Both the position numbers and the translations under genes were made by a program. Below, one piece after another: positions 10,451-20,918 of a DNA stretch of 64,000 bases; the first letter of the stretch is position 1; each line of letters begins with the position of its first letter. The notes under the pieces are model-generated. The model did no database searches. It saw only the letters and a list, made by a program, of their open reading frames with translations, and had not been told where the DNA came from. This DNA comes from a virus (Duplodnaviria > Caudoviricetes): positions 103,251-167,250 of the IMG/VR virus record IMGVR_UViG_3300031994_000013. One strand, 5' to 3'.

Positions 10451-10861
10451 TTATTCTTGAACAAGACGCCATCCCGCGGGATAGGCTTCTGGCGACCAAA
10501 TATTATTAGCAATTGTGCTTTCATAAATTTGACCGTTATATCTAACTTTGTCACCGATTTGATATGCATTAGTTGAATCGGGTTGTTTCCATTCAGGAAT
10601 AACCGTTGGGTCTGGTATCAAAACTTTAGCAAATAAACTGGGTGCATCTTTTGGCGTCCAATTAGGTTGTGAGGTATGGTCTTGTAATACTCTATATAGC
10701 GTATTATCATATTTAACTCTATAATCTTTTTGATAAGCAATTCCATTACCATCCCAAGTAGGATAAAGGGTGATAGCTTCTAACGCATCCTTATCGTCTA
10801 AAAATTCTACGCTTTTTTCAATTAAAGGGCGTAATTTGTTAGCCAATTCAATTAATGTCAT
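10451..10861 (-). CDS. tandem CBM5/12-like (chitin-binding-type) protein, copy 1
   Basis: YRVLQDHTSQPNWTP, WKQP...AYQIGDKVRYNG. Confidence 0.75.
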   Translation of the reverse strand: MTLIELANKLRPLIEKSVEFLDDKDALEAITLYPTWDGNGIAYQKDYRVKYDNTLYRVLQDHTSQPNWTPKDAPSLFAKVLIPDPTVIPEWKQPDSTNAYQIGDKVRYNGQIYESTIANNIWSPEAYPAGWRLVQE

Positions 10862-10862
10862 G

Positions 10863-11108
10863 TTAATCTACCCCCAAGATAATTTTGGTGGCGGCAAGCT
10901 CTTCTTCTAATTCTTTACTACGCTGCGCTAAAAGCAATATATATTCATCTTTGCTATAACTTTTATAATTATATTTAAATCCAGTTATTTCTTTTCCTTC
11001 ATACTGCTGTGTGAAAGGTTGAATTTCATCAGCAACAAAAACCATACTGTCGGTCATTTGAATCGTGGGAGGTACAACCTTCCCATAAATAACTCCGTAA
11101 TTAGTCAT
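10863..11108 (-). CDS. small fibre-associated protein
   Basis: ends KIILGVD, precedes CBM gene like other cassettes. Confidence 0.55.
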   Translation of the reverse strand: MTNYGVIYGKVVPPTIQMTDSMVFVADEIQPFTQQYEGKEITGFKYNYKSYSKDEYILLLAQRSKELEEELAATKIILGVD

Positions 11109-11112
11109 TGTG

Positions 11113-13002
11113 TTATTCCCCCATAATATTTTCCCAAGATTGGATATTAGAACGATAAGTGCTATTTACAGTAGGAATATACATTAAGCGTGCAGATAAA
11201 GAACGATAAGTTTGTGTTATTGGTTGGTCAAAGCCATAATAAAACATTCCATTGTTTTGTTCATAATACCACAAGCCGCCAGCAATTGCTAGATTGGTGC
11301 CATTAAGTCTAGCGGTAGTCCATAAGTTATCACCAACGGGCACAGCACTATTCGCGCCGGTGCATTGTATTGGGATATAAACCCAATCAAATTCCTCCGT
11401 GCCTTTGCCAAAAGCAGAAATCCAATCAGAAGTAGAGGGGACAGGGAAACCTATGGCCTTATAATTGTTTGCGTCGATTGTAGCACTATAATTGAAACTA
11501 GTGCAAATATATGGAACGCCGCCATTATACTCACCATTACCTACGACATCTACGCCGCCTATCATACGCCAGATATTGCCCCAAGGATTTTCTACTCCAC
11601 GGTAAGAAATTGCTCTTTTCCCTTCTTCGCTATAAGAAGTTCCATTATTAATTGTGCTATTTGCAGCGCCTGTAATATTGCCAAGACTTGCAGTAGAACC
11701 AGTGATAGAAGCACAGTTTTCGCCATTACGATTAGGAATTGTGCTAATACCTTCTTCCAATGCGGCTTGTCCATTGAGCATGCCATACTCAACTAATTGT
11801 AACATTTGCATTGCACTTTCATAAGCCAAGTTAGTAATATGCCAATCGGCGCCACGATTCTGTGCGATTTGTTCAGCATCAAAGACTGTAAAGTTTTTAC
11901 CTGCACCACTGACTGGTTTAACATTAGCAATAGAAGATAATTTAGAACTATTAACAGCAAAAGTCTCATCATTTTCTAAATAACTATTGCCAACCTGCGC
12001 GCTGCCTTCATAAGCAGAAATTAAAACATAATCTAGCTCGGTGCCATCGGGGCGCTTAAATAAGGGGTGAAGTTTAAAGCCAGGGGTGGCGGTATAAGAT
12101 AATAAAAGTGTTTCTTTATTTATTATGTTGTCAGTTACATCATTAAAACTTCTTAAGTAATAAAATTTAGGTTGATAGACCATAACTTGGCCATTGCTGC
12201 CATCATCTTTATAATTATTGTCTCCATACCAAGCAACGATTTGACCGCTGTCATTAACATTACACCTGCGGCGGCCGCCATACATTTTATATTCATCAAA
12301 GTCAGTGCCCTGACTTTTATTTTTAGCATCTTGCACTCGTATAAAAGTCCTATTGGGGTAATCAATTTCCAAGCCTACTACATCCTGTAAATGATAATCA
12401 CCGCTTTTAATAAGTGCAGACACGATATCTTCTTCCTTAACAGACCCATTGGTAACATAACCATCATTTCCAACTACTACAATTTGTCCAGCATATTGTG
12501 TGCCAATATAACTAGCACTTTCGCCGCTAGTTTCCTCTTTAATTTCATCAATTTGAGATTGTAAATCTCCTATTGTGTCCGTAAAAGATTGTTCGATTGT
12601 ATTAAAGTTATCAGTAATAGCTTTTTGTGTCATACTGCCATCTTCAGCATTACCAATGTCTTTATAATATTTAGTAATATTAGCAATCTCACTAATGCTA
12701 TTATCAGGATAAGTGGTCTTAAGCGAAATGGTTGAACTATCATTACCCGTATCTACAACTTTATCAATCGTTAGCTTTTTTATTTCTGTGTCGGCGGTCG
12801 CAGTTATATCATTTAAAGCGGCAGTAACATTATTAAGTGCGGCGATTGAATTTTGATTATTGGTATTGGTTTGTTCTGTAATAGTTTCAATGTTCTCGGC
12901 CGCGGTAGTAGCAATTTGGGTGGCTTCTTGTGCCTGTGCTACATATGCCGCCAACTGTTGTGGAGTCAATGATTTTGCTAATATAATATCAATTATATCC
13001 AT
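11113..13002 (-). CDS. putative tail fibre/virion protein
   Basis: GQVMVYQPKFYY, HPLF, YRGVENPWGNIW motifs seen in phage fibre-like proteins. Confidence 0.65.
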   Translation of the reverse strand: MDIIDIILAKSLTPQQLAAYVAQAQEATQIATTAAENIETITEQTNTNNQNSIAALNNVTAALNDITATADTEIKKLTIDKVVDTGNDSSTISLKTTYPDNSISEIANITKYYKDIGNAEDGSMTQKAITDNFNTIEQSFTDTIGDLQSQIDEIKEETSGESASYIGTQYAGQIVVVGNDGYVTNGSVKEEDIVSALIKSGDYHLQDVVGLEIDYPNRTFIRVQDAKNKSQGTDFDEYKMYGGRRRCNVNDSGQIVAWYGDNNYKDDGSNGQVMVYQPKFYYLRSFNDVTDNIINKETLLLSYTATPGFKLHPLFKRPDGTELDYVLISAYEGSAQVGNSYLENDETFAVNSSKLSSIANVKPVSGAGKNFTVFDAEQIAQNRGADWHITNLAYESAMQMLQLVEYGMLNGQAALEEGISTIPNRNGENCASITGSTASLGNITGAANSTINNGTSYSEEGKRAISYRGVENPWGNIWRMIGGVDVVGNGEYNGGVPYICTSFNYSATIDANNYKAIGFPVPSTSDWISAFGKGTEEFDWVYIPIQCTGANSAVPVGDNLWTTARLNGTNLAIAGGLWYYEQNNGMFYYGFDQPITQTYRSLSARLMYIPTVNSTYRSNIQSWENIMGE

Positions 13003-13004
13003 TA

Positions 13005-13421
13005 TTATACCTCCATATTCCAGCCATATACATCTGGTGCCCAGATATTGTTATCCATATTACTTACATATATATGTCCTTCTTTATCTGGATAATACAC
13101 TTTATCACCAGTTTGGTATGCGTCATGTGCTCCTGCGGGCTGTTTCCATACTGGAATTACACCAGGTAATGCGACTTCTGTATATAGAGATGTCGCTATA
13201 TCGGGCGTCCAATCTGCCTGAGAAGCATGAGATTGTATAACTTTATATAGTTTATTTAAATAACTAATGCGTTCTCCCGCCTCATATTCCTTACGCGGTT
13301 TCCACACAGGAAATAATTCAATGCCACTTAAGGCTTGTTCGTCTGATAGGGCGGCCGCAGCTTCTTCAATAAGCGCTCGCAGCTGTCTTGCTTTAGCTAA
13401 ATTAATCATTATTCTCACCAC
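13005..13421 (-). CDS. tandem CBM5/12-like protein, copy 2
   Basis: paralogue of 10451-10861. Confidence 0.75.
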   Translation of the reverse strand: MVRIMINLAKARQLRALIEEAAAALSDEQALSGIELFPVWKPRKEYEAGERISYLNKLYKVIQSHASQADWTPDIATSLYTEVALPGVIPVWKQPAGAHDAYQTGDKVYYPDKEGHIYVSNMDNNIWAPDVYGWNMEV

Positions 13422-13635
13422 CTAAAAGTATGGTTAAGATTTCTTCTGCTGTATGATTTTCTTCAGGAATGGGCTCTCCTTCGATATATGTTCTACCAGA
13501 ATTTATTGGGTCATATGCTTCAATATAGTTTTGCCTATCTCTAGTAACATAATATCCAGCATCAGAAAAAGTGTGTGTAAATTCACGCCCATTAATTGTT
13601 ACATTTTCAACTTGTATCATTTTTTTATCCTCCAT
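13402..13635 (-). CDS. small fibre-associated protein
   Basis: paralogue of 19372-19635 (IQxEN..ING...SDAG..EAYDP..SGR). Confidence 0.65.
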   Translation of the reverse strand: MEDKKMIQVENVTINGREFTHTFSDAGYYVTRDRQNYIEAYDPINSGRTYIEGEPIPEENHTAEEILTILLGGENND

Positions 13636-15253
13636 ATTCTACCATTTTATCAGCATAAAGCGTCCAGTTTGTTGCGTTTTGATAAGCATTTAGTATGGAG
13701 TGGTCTGAACTATAAGGAACATAAATAATAAAATCATTTAAATATTCTGTTCTAAAAGAGTTAGCTTGTGCGGTTGGAGGTTGAGAACTTTCACAGACAA
13801 AAGCAGCAATACAATGGTCGCTAGAGAAACTAGGAAGTGATGTAGTAGTAGAATTAAAAATGAATTTATCAAGTTGTAACAGAGAAAAAGTTCCAATGCC
13901 CGCATTCGTCAAATCGCAATAAAAATCTTTATTCCAAGTATATGATTTAAATGAAGATAAGAAATTACCTGCTATAGTAGTAACACTACTTGGTATAACA
14001 ATTATCTCAAAAATTCCGGCAGTTGTAAAAGCATTTACTCCTAAAGTAGTGCATCTATCTGGTATTAAACAGTGCGTAAGATTGCGGCAACCGTTAAATG
14101 TATTTTGTTCTATGGAGGTTAAATCCTGCGGCAACACTATATATAAAGCATCTCTACAATAATAAAAAGAATTTCTTGGTATGCTCGTTATCGTTTTAGG
14201 TAAAACTACACATTTTAAGCTATGGCAATATGCAAAGTATTCTATTGAAGAGTTATTACCAGACTCAAAACTGACAGTAGTTGGTAATGAGATTTGTTGT
14301 AAATCTGGAAATTTATAAAAAACTTTACCATATAATTTTGTAAAATTACCAATATTAACACGCCTTATTAACTCTTTTTCAGTTATACTTTCGTAACCAA
14401 TATAAATAACTGTATTATTAACAGAAAGTATTTTAACCGTATATTCCCCTGCGGCCGCATAAGTATGCGTATATGTATTAGAAATATTTACTGCACTACT
14501 TGTGCCTGTTTCTGTTGTGGAATCGCCCCAATCAATAGAAATAGAGCCTTGGAACCATAGTTTTAAGGTTAAATTAGTGTTTGGCTGTTCCGTCACAACA
14601 AGAAGTTCTGTTGCTCCTGAACTTGTAGTATAGCTTTGCCCAATGTCTAGATGTTCGTACTTCTGCACGTAGGCTTTTGCTCTATCTAAATCCCAGTTCC
14701 ATCCTTGTGCGATTAAGTTAGAGTGAGTTGGATTGGCGGGCATAGCATTTAAAGCTAAAAATTCATCCTTATCATAACTATATACTACAGTGCCATCATA
14801 ATCTATAAAATTAACTTGTTTAGTATCAGATACAGTTATAGGAACAGTTACATCATTCTGATACCAGCCGCCGCTTACGGTGACGGTCTGCCCATTACTA
14901 TTAATATCTGATGCACTTCTTTGAGGAATTGCTCCTGTAATTGGTAATCCTTGAGAATTATGTGCGGTATATCCCTCAATCATATGTAAAGCATCGATTG
15001 TATCTTGTGATAAATCTATATCAATTGAGCCGCCACCAGACCCGGCAGTCAATAAAATCCATTCATGATTTGAATTTGCCATATATACTTCAAGGCCGCC
15101 GCTTTCACCTACTAAAACAATTGCGGTTGAGCCTAAAGTTGATTGGTCGTAAGGAATACTTGCTAAATCTGCGGTGGAGTCACATATATGCTCGTAAGTA
15201 ATAACATTATCTTGTTGCCCTTGTTTAGTCATTATATGAGCCATTTTTTTCAC
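13625..15253 (-). CDS. PKD-like + BspA-type leucine-rich repeat protein
   Basis: IDWGD/HTYAAAGEY; LPKTITSI..F repeats. Confidence 0.8.
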   Translation of the reverse strand: MKKMAHIMTKQGQQDNVITYEHICDSTADLASIPYDQSTLGSTAIVLVGESGGLEVYMANSNHEWILLTAGSGGGSIDIDLSQDTIDALHMIEGYTAHNSQGLPITGAIPQRSASDINSNGQTVTVSGGWYQNDVTVPITVSDTKQVNFIDYDGTVVYSYDKDEFLALNAMPANPTHSNLIAQGWNWDLDRAKAYVQKYEHLDIGQSYTTSSGATELLVVTEQPNTNLTLKLWFQGSISIDWGDSTTETGTSSAVNISNTYTHTYAAAGEYTVKILSVNNTVIYIGYESITEKELIRRVNIGNFTKLYGKVFYKFPDLQQISLPTTVSFESGNNSSIEYFAYCHSLKCVVLPKTITSIPRNSFYYCRDALYIVLPQDLTSIEQNTFNGCRNLTHCLIPDRCTTLGVNAFTTAGIFEIIVIPSSVTTIAGNFLSSFKSYTWNKDFYCDLTNAGIGTFSLLQLDKFIFNSTTTSLPSFSSDHCIAAFVCESSQPPTAQANSFRTEYLNDFIIYVPYSSDHSILNAYQNATNWTLYADKMVEYGG

Positions 15254-15390
15254 CTCTTATGATTTATTATTTCAAAATACGGAAAAAAGGGGTGAAGCCA
15301 TTATGATGACTTCACCCCTAACGGACAGAAGTTTCTGACATATCATATTTCAATACCATGTCATCCTTTCAGTCAATATCTTCCGCAGTA

Positions 15391-15783
15391 TTAAGGGTTT
15401 GTATCTTCAATAAGTAAGCTACGAATTGGAAGATATACATCGGAAAAATAATAGAGAATTCCTGTTTCTCGGTCAAGATATAAATAATCTTCTTGGCCGT
15501 TCTCTGGAAAAGTAGCAATAGTGCCGACGATTATTTCCTTTTCATTTGAGTCATTGCTAAATTTCTTTAAGAAATTTTCTTCCGTCCCCGAAAAACCATT
15601 TTGTAACGCTATTTCATATAGTTGATGTGATAAAATAGATAATGTAACATTTTCCCAAGGATAAACTGCTGGTAGCGCGGCACCTCCGCTATAAGGATGC
15701 GGCGGCATAATAGAAAAATCATAGCCTAAAAGCCTATCTCTAGTGCGCCATCTCTCTTTATTCCAATTTGGAATTAAGCTCAT
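15391..15783 (-). CDS. hypothetical virion-associated protein
   Basis: YEIALQNGFSGTEENFL motif of phage fibre linkers. Confidence 0.55.
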   Translation of the reverse strand: MSLIPNWNKERWRTRDRLLGYDFSIMPPHPYSGGAALPAVYPWENVTLSILSHQLYEIALQNGFSGTEENFLKKFSNDSNEKEIIVGTIATFPENGQEDYLYLDRETGILYYFSDVYLPIRSLLIEDTNP

Positions 15784-15784
15784 T

Positions 15785-16195
15785 TTATCCCTCCTTTAGA
15801 ACCCAGAGATTACTTGTTCCAGGAGCCCATACATTATTATCAATAGTGCTTTCCCAAACTTGCCCGTTATAGCGGACTAGGTCGCCAGTATTATACGCGT
15901 CTTGCGCGCCGGTAGGCTGCCGCCACTCGGGAATCTCGCCGGGCTTAGCAATTTCAGTGAATAGCGCGGGCACCTTATCTGGTTCCCAGCCTTCTTGACT
16001 TATATGTGCTTGGACTACACGATATAGTTTATTTAAATAGCGTAGCCGTTGGCCGACTTCATACGCTTTATTTGGACTCCATTTTTCAAATAGGGCAACT
16101 ACGGCAGTTGCATCTTCATCTGCTATGTTATTTAAACTATCGTTGATTTCTTTAAGCCTTGCATCTAATGCTATACGCAATTCTTCTTTCGTCAT
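15785..16195 (-). CDS. tandem CBM5/12-like protein, copy 3
   Basis: paralogue; WRQPTGAQDAY. Confidence 0.75.
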   Translation of the reverse strand: MTKEELRIALDARLKEINDSLNNIADEDATAVVALFEKWSPNKAYEVGQRLRYLNKLYRVVQAHISQEGWEPDKVPALFTEIAKPGEIPEWRQPTGAQDAYNTGDLVRYNGQVWESTIDNNVWAPGTSNLWVLKEG

Positions 16196-16668
16196 ATACT
16201 CACCCCAAGTTCAGTAAGAGCAGCTTCATAATCCGCGGCCGTAGCTTCTTCAGAAATTGGTAAATCTTGTGCTTCACCATTGGTTAGAGCAATTCCGCTA
16301 TAAAAGCTTTCAAAAACATCCTTTGATAGGCTATATTTGCCGCGGTCGGGATTACAGATTACTACCTTGTCATCCTCATCTATTCCACAAAAAACACAGA
16401 AGTGTTCCCATTTCCACCAAATAATTGCTGGTCTATCTTGCTTATATAGGCTGTCCGCGGTTTCTTTGTAAGCGCGCATATCTAAGCCATATTTTCTTCC
16501 TACTGTAAGTATATCTTTTGCAGAGCAGCCAATTAAACGGGTGTTACATTCTTCTATTAGAGTTTGTAAATCTGCTTCTATGTTATAAAAATCGCACAAC
16601 ATTTTAAGGCAGGTCGCGCCGCAATCTGTCGGCTTAACAGAAGTAATTGGAGTTATATTATATACCAT
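16192..16668 (-). CDS. stand-alone C39 cysteine peptidase
   Basis: DCGATCLKM, HFCV, ICNPDRG. Confidence 0.85.
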   Translation of the reverse strand: MVYNITPITSVKPTDCGATCLKMLCDFYNIEADLQTLIEECNTRLIGCSAKDILTVGRKYGLDMRAYKETADSLYKQDRPAIIWWKWEHFCVFCGIDEDDKVVICNPDRGKYSLSKDVFESFYSGIALTNGEAQDLPISEEATAADYEAALTELGVSI

Positions 16669-16837
16669 AATTATCCTCCTTAACGCAATGGGTCACTAGG
16701 CGTATCTGCTATGTCAAAGGTAAAACGCTTGCCAGATGCCAACATAGAACCTTCTTTATCCAGATTAAGTAGTGATTCATTTGCTAATTCTTTTTCTTTT
16801 TGAATCATAATTTGTGACATTACCATCAAGTCTCTTT

Positions 16838-17245
16838 TTAATTCCATCCCGCTATTACGCCTCCTGCATCATCAATTTGGACAATTTTGTCGGCTGTATA
16901 TAATCCCATTGTTTCCATTAGTTCTTCTAATGTCATTTGCTCGGATGATTTATCAGAAATATGGAATTCATCTTCAATGGTGTATTCATCAATTTGTTTA
17001 AGAGTGGTGAATAAATTTTGAGTTTGTGGATTATAATCGGGAAATTTTTCTTTAATTTCTTTAGCATCGTATTTAATATGTTTTGTCCATCCTAAGCGAT
17101 GGGCTTCTTCTGGGTTTTCGTCAAAATATAATTTAAGACCCATTATAATTTTACCAGTAATTTTACCGTCAAAATCATGCGCGGGAAGATACTTGATTTT
17201 CCCGTTTTCATCTAATTTTTCATAATCCCATCTCATAATTAACAT
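16838..17245 (-). CDS. hypothetical protein
   Basis: 135 aa ORF with AAGGAG RBS. Confidence 0.6.
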   Translation of the reverse strand: MLIMRWDYEKLDENGKIKYLPAHDFDGKITGKIIMGLKLYFDENPEEAHRLGWTKHIKYDAKEIKEKFPDYNPQTQNLFTTLKQIDEYTIEDEFHISDKSSEQMTLEELMETMGLYTADKIVQIDDAGGVIAGWN

Positions 17246-17253
17246 CTCCTTCG

Positions 17254-18336
17254 TCAGGCAGGAATAGTGCTATGAGTGTTAAGGAAACGCCATAGTTTTA
17301 CGCCATCTATATTATTATAGTGTAAATCAATTGTATTAAAGCCCGCGGTTTCAGCTTGTGTATGTTCTGTTGCCACTTTGACTCCCGCGGGTGGTGTTAA
17401 AGTCATACTATACGCGCCCGCATGTCTAAACCTCATTTCAAACCAGCAGCCATGTGTTTCATCTTCAATTTCGGGAAGAATGAATTCCATCGGGCAATCT
17501 ATAATGGTATCTAGTTTATAAGTTACATTTCTGGCCGCTCCTTGGATTATAATTTTAGAATGGTTATAATAGGTGTTTTCGGGGATTGCTTCGCCCACTG
17601 TTACTTCCGCTAGATTGTAACTGCCGTCAGATAGAGTATAGTAATTTTTATTGGCGGCAAAAGTAGTATCAGAAGTTAATGCATATTCCCAAGTAACGAA
17701 CTCATCCAGGTCATAAACATAGAAAGTAGTTCTATAGTCTAAATTGCGTATTGCCAAATCAGTTGCTTTAAATACAAATGATTCTGTTACTTGTGAATTC
17801 CATTTAATTGTAACAACTCGTGATGTCGCCGCGACATCAAATTGAATTGCCAAATCAACATAGGTATCTCCAATATGAGCGATATAATTTGCTCCAGTTA
17901 CTTGCGTTTCGGCGGAGACTCCATATAAATTTTCAATGCGTGCAAAAGCATACCAGCCAGTTTCTGTAATTCCATAATTGGAATATTTATTTATATTATC
18001 TACATATTCTGGAATACCAACAATTTCAATAATATTGCCTTGTGCGAAAGCGGTATTATCTAAAGAAGAAACCGTAGAAACATGGTTATTAGAGCTCCCA
18101 CTGCCGCTATCGCTATTGCCGGCGCCGGAGAGCAATAGCCATTGTTTTAAGCTATTGGCCATATATACTTCTAGGCTACCGCTTGCCCCGTACAGCACAG
18201 TGCAAACAGAGCCAAGTGTTATATATTTTGGGTCAATCGCTCTCATATCTGCAATGGTATCACAAACATGTTCGTATGCTACTATATTATCATGGCTACC
18301 TTTTTTTGTCATTATTGTTGCCATATAGAATTTCAC
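17254..18336 (-). CDS. putative virion/fibre protein
   Basis: N-terminus paralogous to 13625-15253. Confidence 0.65.
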   Translation of the reverse strand: MKFYMATIMTKKGSHDNIVAYEHVCDTIADMRAIDPKYITLGSVCTVLYGASGSLEVYMANSLKQWLLLSGAGNSDSGSGSSNNHVSTVSSLDNTAFAQGNIIEIVGIPEYVDNINKYSNYGITETGWYAFARIENLYGVSAETQVTGANYIAHIGDTYVDLAIQFDVAATSRVVTIKWNSQVTESFVFKATDLAIRNLDYRTTFYVYDLDEFVTWEYALTSDTTFAANKNYYTLSDGSYNLAEVTVGEAIPENTYYNHSKIIIQGAARNVTYKLDTIIDCPMEFILPEIEDETHGCWFEMRFRHAGAYSMTLTPPAGVKVATEHTQAETAGFNTIDLHYNNIDGVKLWRFLNTHSTIPA

Positions 18337-18375
18337 CTCATTAAAGGAGGGCTTAAAAAGCCCTCCTTATATTAT

Positions 18376-18642
18376 TTATGCCTGCTCTTCAGGCTCATCT
18401 GGCTCGGTAGGTGCAATTGCGTGTTTATAGCATTGATTCATAATTGCACGGCCATCAGCAGTCAGCAAGGTTGCTGCATGAGATTGAAGTTCAGATACGG
18501 CTGCGGCGGCAAGAACTTCGTGATATTTAGATTCAGCCTTTAGACGAGCTTTAGCCGCATCTTCGTCATAAGCAAAATGAACGATATGGCCGTATTCGCC
18601 GTTTGCATATTGTTGGATTTCGATAATGTAATATTGGTTCAT
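18376..18642 (-). CDS. small fibre-associated protein
   Basis: related to 24024-24398; acidic Pro/Glu tail. Confidence 0.6.
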   Translation of the reverse strand: MNQYYIIEIQQYANGEYGHIVHFAYDEDAAKARLKAESKYHEVLAAAAVSELQSHAATLLTADGRAIMNQCYKHAIAPTEPDEPEEQA

Positions 18643-18964
18643 AATGAGTTCCTCCTTTTAATGTTTCCAGTAAGCAATTTTAGTATTATCTCCACCGTTA
18701 TTACTTATTGGACTAACAGACATTACTATATTTCCATCAGTAGTTTCTTTGTATATCATCAATAAATCTCCTTATCTGTTTCTAACATCTTGAAAAACTG
18801 CCGGGTGGTTTGCACAGTATTGTCATACTGTATTTGCATGAACTGTTCGACATTTATTATTTCAAGATTTTGGGTTTTTCCCCAGATTCTTTCGACTATT
18901 TCGTCACTTTTTCGATCTTAGGTGTTATGTCGAGGAATGCGCAAAATTTGCGTCCAGTTATTAT

Positions 18965-19375
18965 TCATTCTATTTCCCATCCATATACTCCCGGTTGCCA
19001 TACATTGTTATCTACCGTACTGCGATAAATCGGATCAGTTATTGTCGGAAAATGTACCTTGTCGCCTGTCATGTAAGCATCCTGCGCGCCTGTTGGCTGT
19101 TTCCAGACCGGGATTTCACCCGGTTTTGCGATTTCGGTAAACAGTGCAGGCGTGTTGGCGGGTCTCCAGTTTGACTGGCTGTGATGAGACTGCACAACTC
19201 GGTAGAGCCTGTCGCCGTTCTTGAGCCGCTGTCCTGCCGTGTAGTCGCGGTCGGGTTGCCATTGCTCAAAGAGCACGGTCACATCTACGGCAGTTTCGTC
19301 CGTGAGCTTTGCCAAAGCGTTTCTACGCTCGGAAATCCATGCTTCCACGGCGCGTTTGAGCTGTTCCTTAGTCAT
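18965..19375 (-). CDS. tandem CBM5/12-like protein, copy 4
   Basis: paralogue; PALFTEIAKPGEIP shared with copy 3. Confidence 0.75.
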   Translation of the reverse strand: MTKEQLKRAVEAWISERRNALAKLTDETAVDVTVLFEQWQPDRDYTAGQRLKNGDRLYRVVQSHHSQSNWRPANTPALFTEIAKPGEIPVWKQPTGAQDAYMTGDKVHFPTITDPIYRSTVDNNVWQPGVYGWEIE

Positions 19376-19635
19376 ACGCTCACCCCCAATTCGGAAAGCG
19401 CGGCAGCGTAGTCTTCGGGGGTCGCTTCATCCGATGGCGATATAGGAATGCTGCTTTCTTCATACACCCGCCCGCTGTCTGCGGGGTCAATCGCTTCATC
19501 GTACATGATGCCGTCACGAATGATCTTCATGCCTGCGTTGCTATAGGTGCGCGTATAGGTATTGCCGTTTATCTCAATGTTTTCTGTTTGTATCATGGCT
19601 CCGCCTCCTGTATCATGCTTGACAGCGCCGACCAA
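19372..19635 (-). CDS. small fibre-associated protein
   Basis: paralogue of 13402-13635; true start probably MIQTEN. Confidence 0.6.
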   Translation of the reverse strand: MVGAVKHDTGGGAMIQTENIEINGNTYTRTYSNAGMKIIRDGIMYDEAIDPADSGRVYEESSIPISPSDEATPEDYAAALSELGVSV

Positions 19636-20918
19636 TTTGTCGCCGTTTTATATGCATTCAGAATGCTGTGATCTGCTGAATACGGCACTTCAATTACTGC
19701 GCCGGATTTACCATTTCCAAATGCGTTTGAGTTATCCAGCGTTGGCGGGGTAGTTGGCAGCAGAACGAATTTCGGGCAACCGCGCATGAAATAGAATGCC
19801 TGTGCGCCGATATGCGTGACGGTTGCAGGTATCATCATTTCACTGAGCGCCCAGCAGGAATTAAATGCGCTTTGACCAATAGACGTAATACCGCTTGGGA
19901 TGACAACTTGCTGCAATATGTCGCATCCAAGACATGTAGCATTTGGTATGGCACTCATTTGCTCAGGCAGACAAATGCGTTTTATAAGTGTATTATTGTG
20001 CATAAAATTAGTCCCCGTTATGTCCGTGAGTGTTTCCGGAATGCAGATTGCTTTTCTTGGACTATTCATAAAATTATTAATACTTATGTTTGTTATTCCA
20101 TATGGCAATATCGCAGCACTAAGGTTTAATGAGTTCGCCAAACCAGTATTGATGTTTGTCAAACCTCGCGGGAAGGTAATTTCTTGAAGCGCACGTCCAA
20201 CGCTAAATGTAGGGCCAATGTTTGTTTCTATATTTTTTCCGTAATTGACAGCAGTAATCTTGTTAGCCCACATATAATTAGTGTTGCCAGCACCCCAAAT
20301 TGCATAATTTCCACTATTGCCAAACGAAAATGTGCAGTCGTCATCTGGCATAAGCGATATGACATAATTGCCCTTTACAGCATAAATATGTTCAAGATAT
20401 TTGACGCCAGTTCCTGCACTGCTGACGGTTTCTATTGTACTTCCATCGCCCCAACTTACTTTTACGCCATCTGCTTTGTCCTGCGTCCAGTAAATGCGCA
20501 TGGACAAATCGCCGTCCGTGAGAAAACTGACGGTTATGCGGGTTGCGCCATCATCTGTAATATATGTTTGTCCGATGTCCAGTATGCCATATTTTGTGAC
20601 ATACGCTTTTGCGCCTTGAAGCGTCCAGTTCCAGCCCTGAGAAATAAAGCCGTCATGAGTGGGATTTTCCGGCAGCTCGTCCAGCGTGAGAAATTCTGCT
20701 TTGCTGTAGCTGTAGACGATGGTTCCGTCCTTATCGTAGAAGTTCACATCATTGAACGGCGCGGGTTCTCTGCCTGTAGATATTGCCACAACTGCGTCCA
20801 CAAACCCCTGTGGAAAGCTCAACTCTGCGCTTGTGCCGCCCTTTGTGCGTATTGCGTTGGCAACACTGGTGAGGTCTGCGTCAAGCTGCGCGCTGTCAAC
20901 CAGTTTATCAACTGCCAT
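19593..20918 (-). CDS. BspA-type LRR protein
   Basis: IPSGITSIGQSAF repeats; VPYS.DHSILNAY shared with 13625-15253. Confidence 0.8.
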   Translation of the reverse strand: MAVDKLVDSAQLDADLTSVANAIRTKGGTSAELSFPQGFVDAVVAISTGREPAPFNDVNFYDKDGTIVYSYSKAEFLTLDELPENPTHDGFISQGWNWTLQGAKAYVTKYGILDIGQTYITDDGATRITVSFLTDGDLSMRIYWTQDKADGVKVSWGDGSTIETVSSAGTGVKYLEHIYAVKGNYVISLMPDDDCTFSFGNSGNYAIWGAGNTNYMWANKITAVNYGKNIETNIGPTFSVGRALQEITFPRGLTNINTGLANSLNLSAAILPYGITNISINNFMNSPRKAICIPETLTDITGTNFMHNNTLIKRICLPEQMSAIPNATCLGCDILQQVVIPSGITSIGQSAFNSCWALSEMMIPATVTHIGAQAFYFMRGCPKFVLLPTTPPTLDNSNAFGNGKSGAVIEVPYSADHSILNAYKTATNWSALSSMIQEAEP

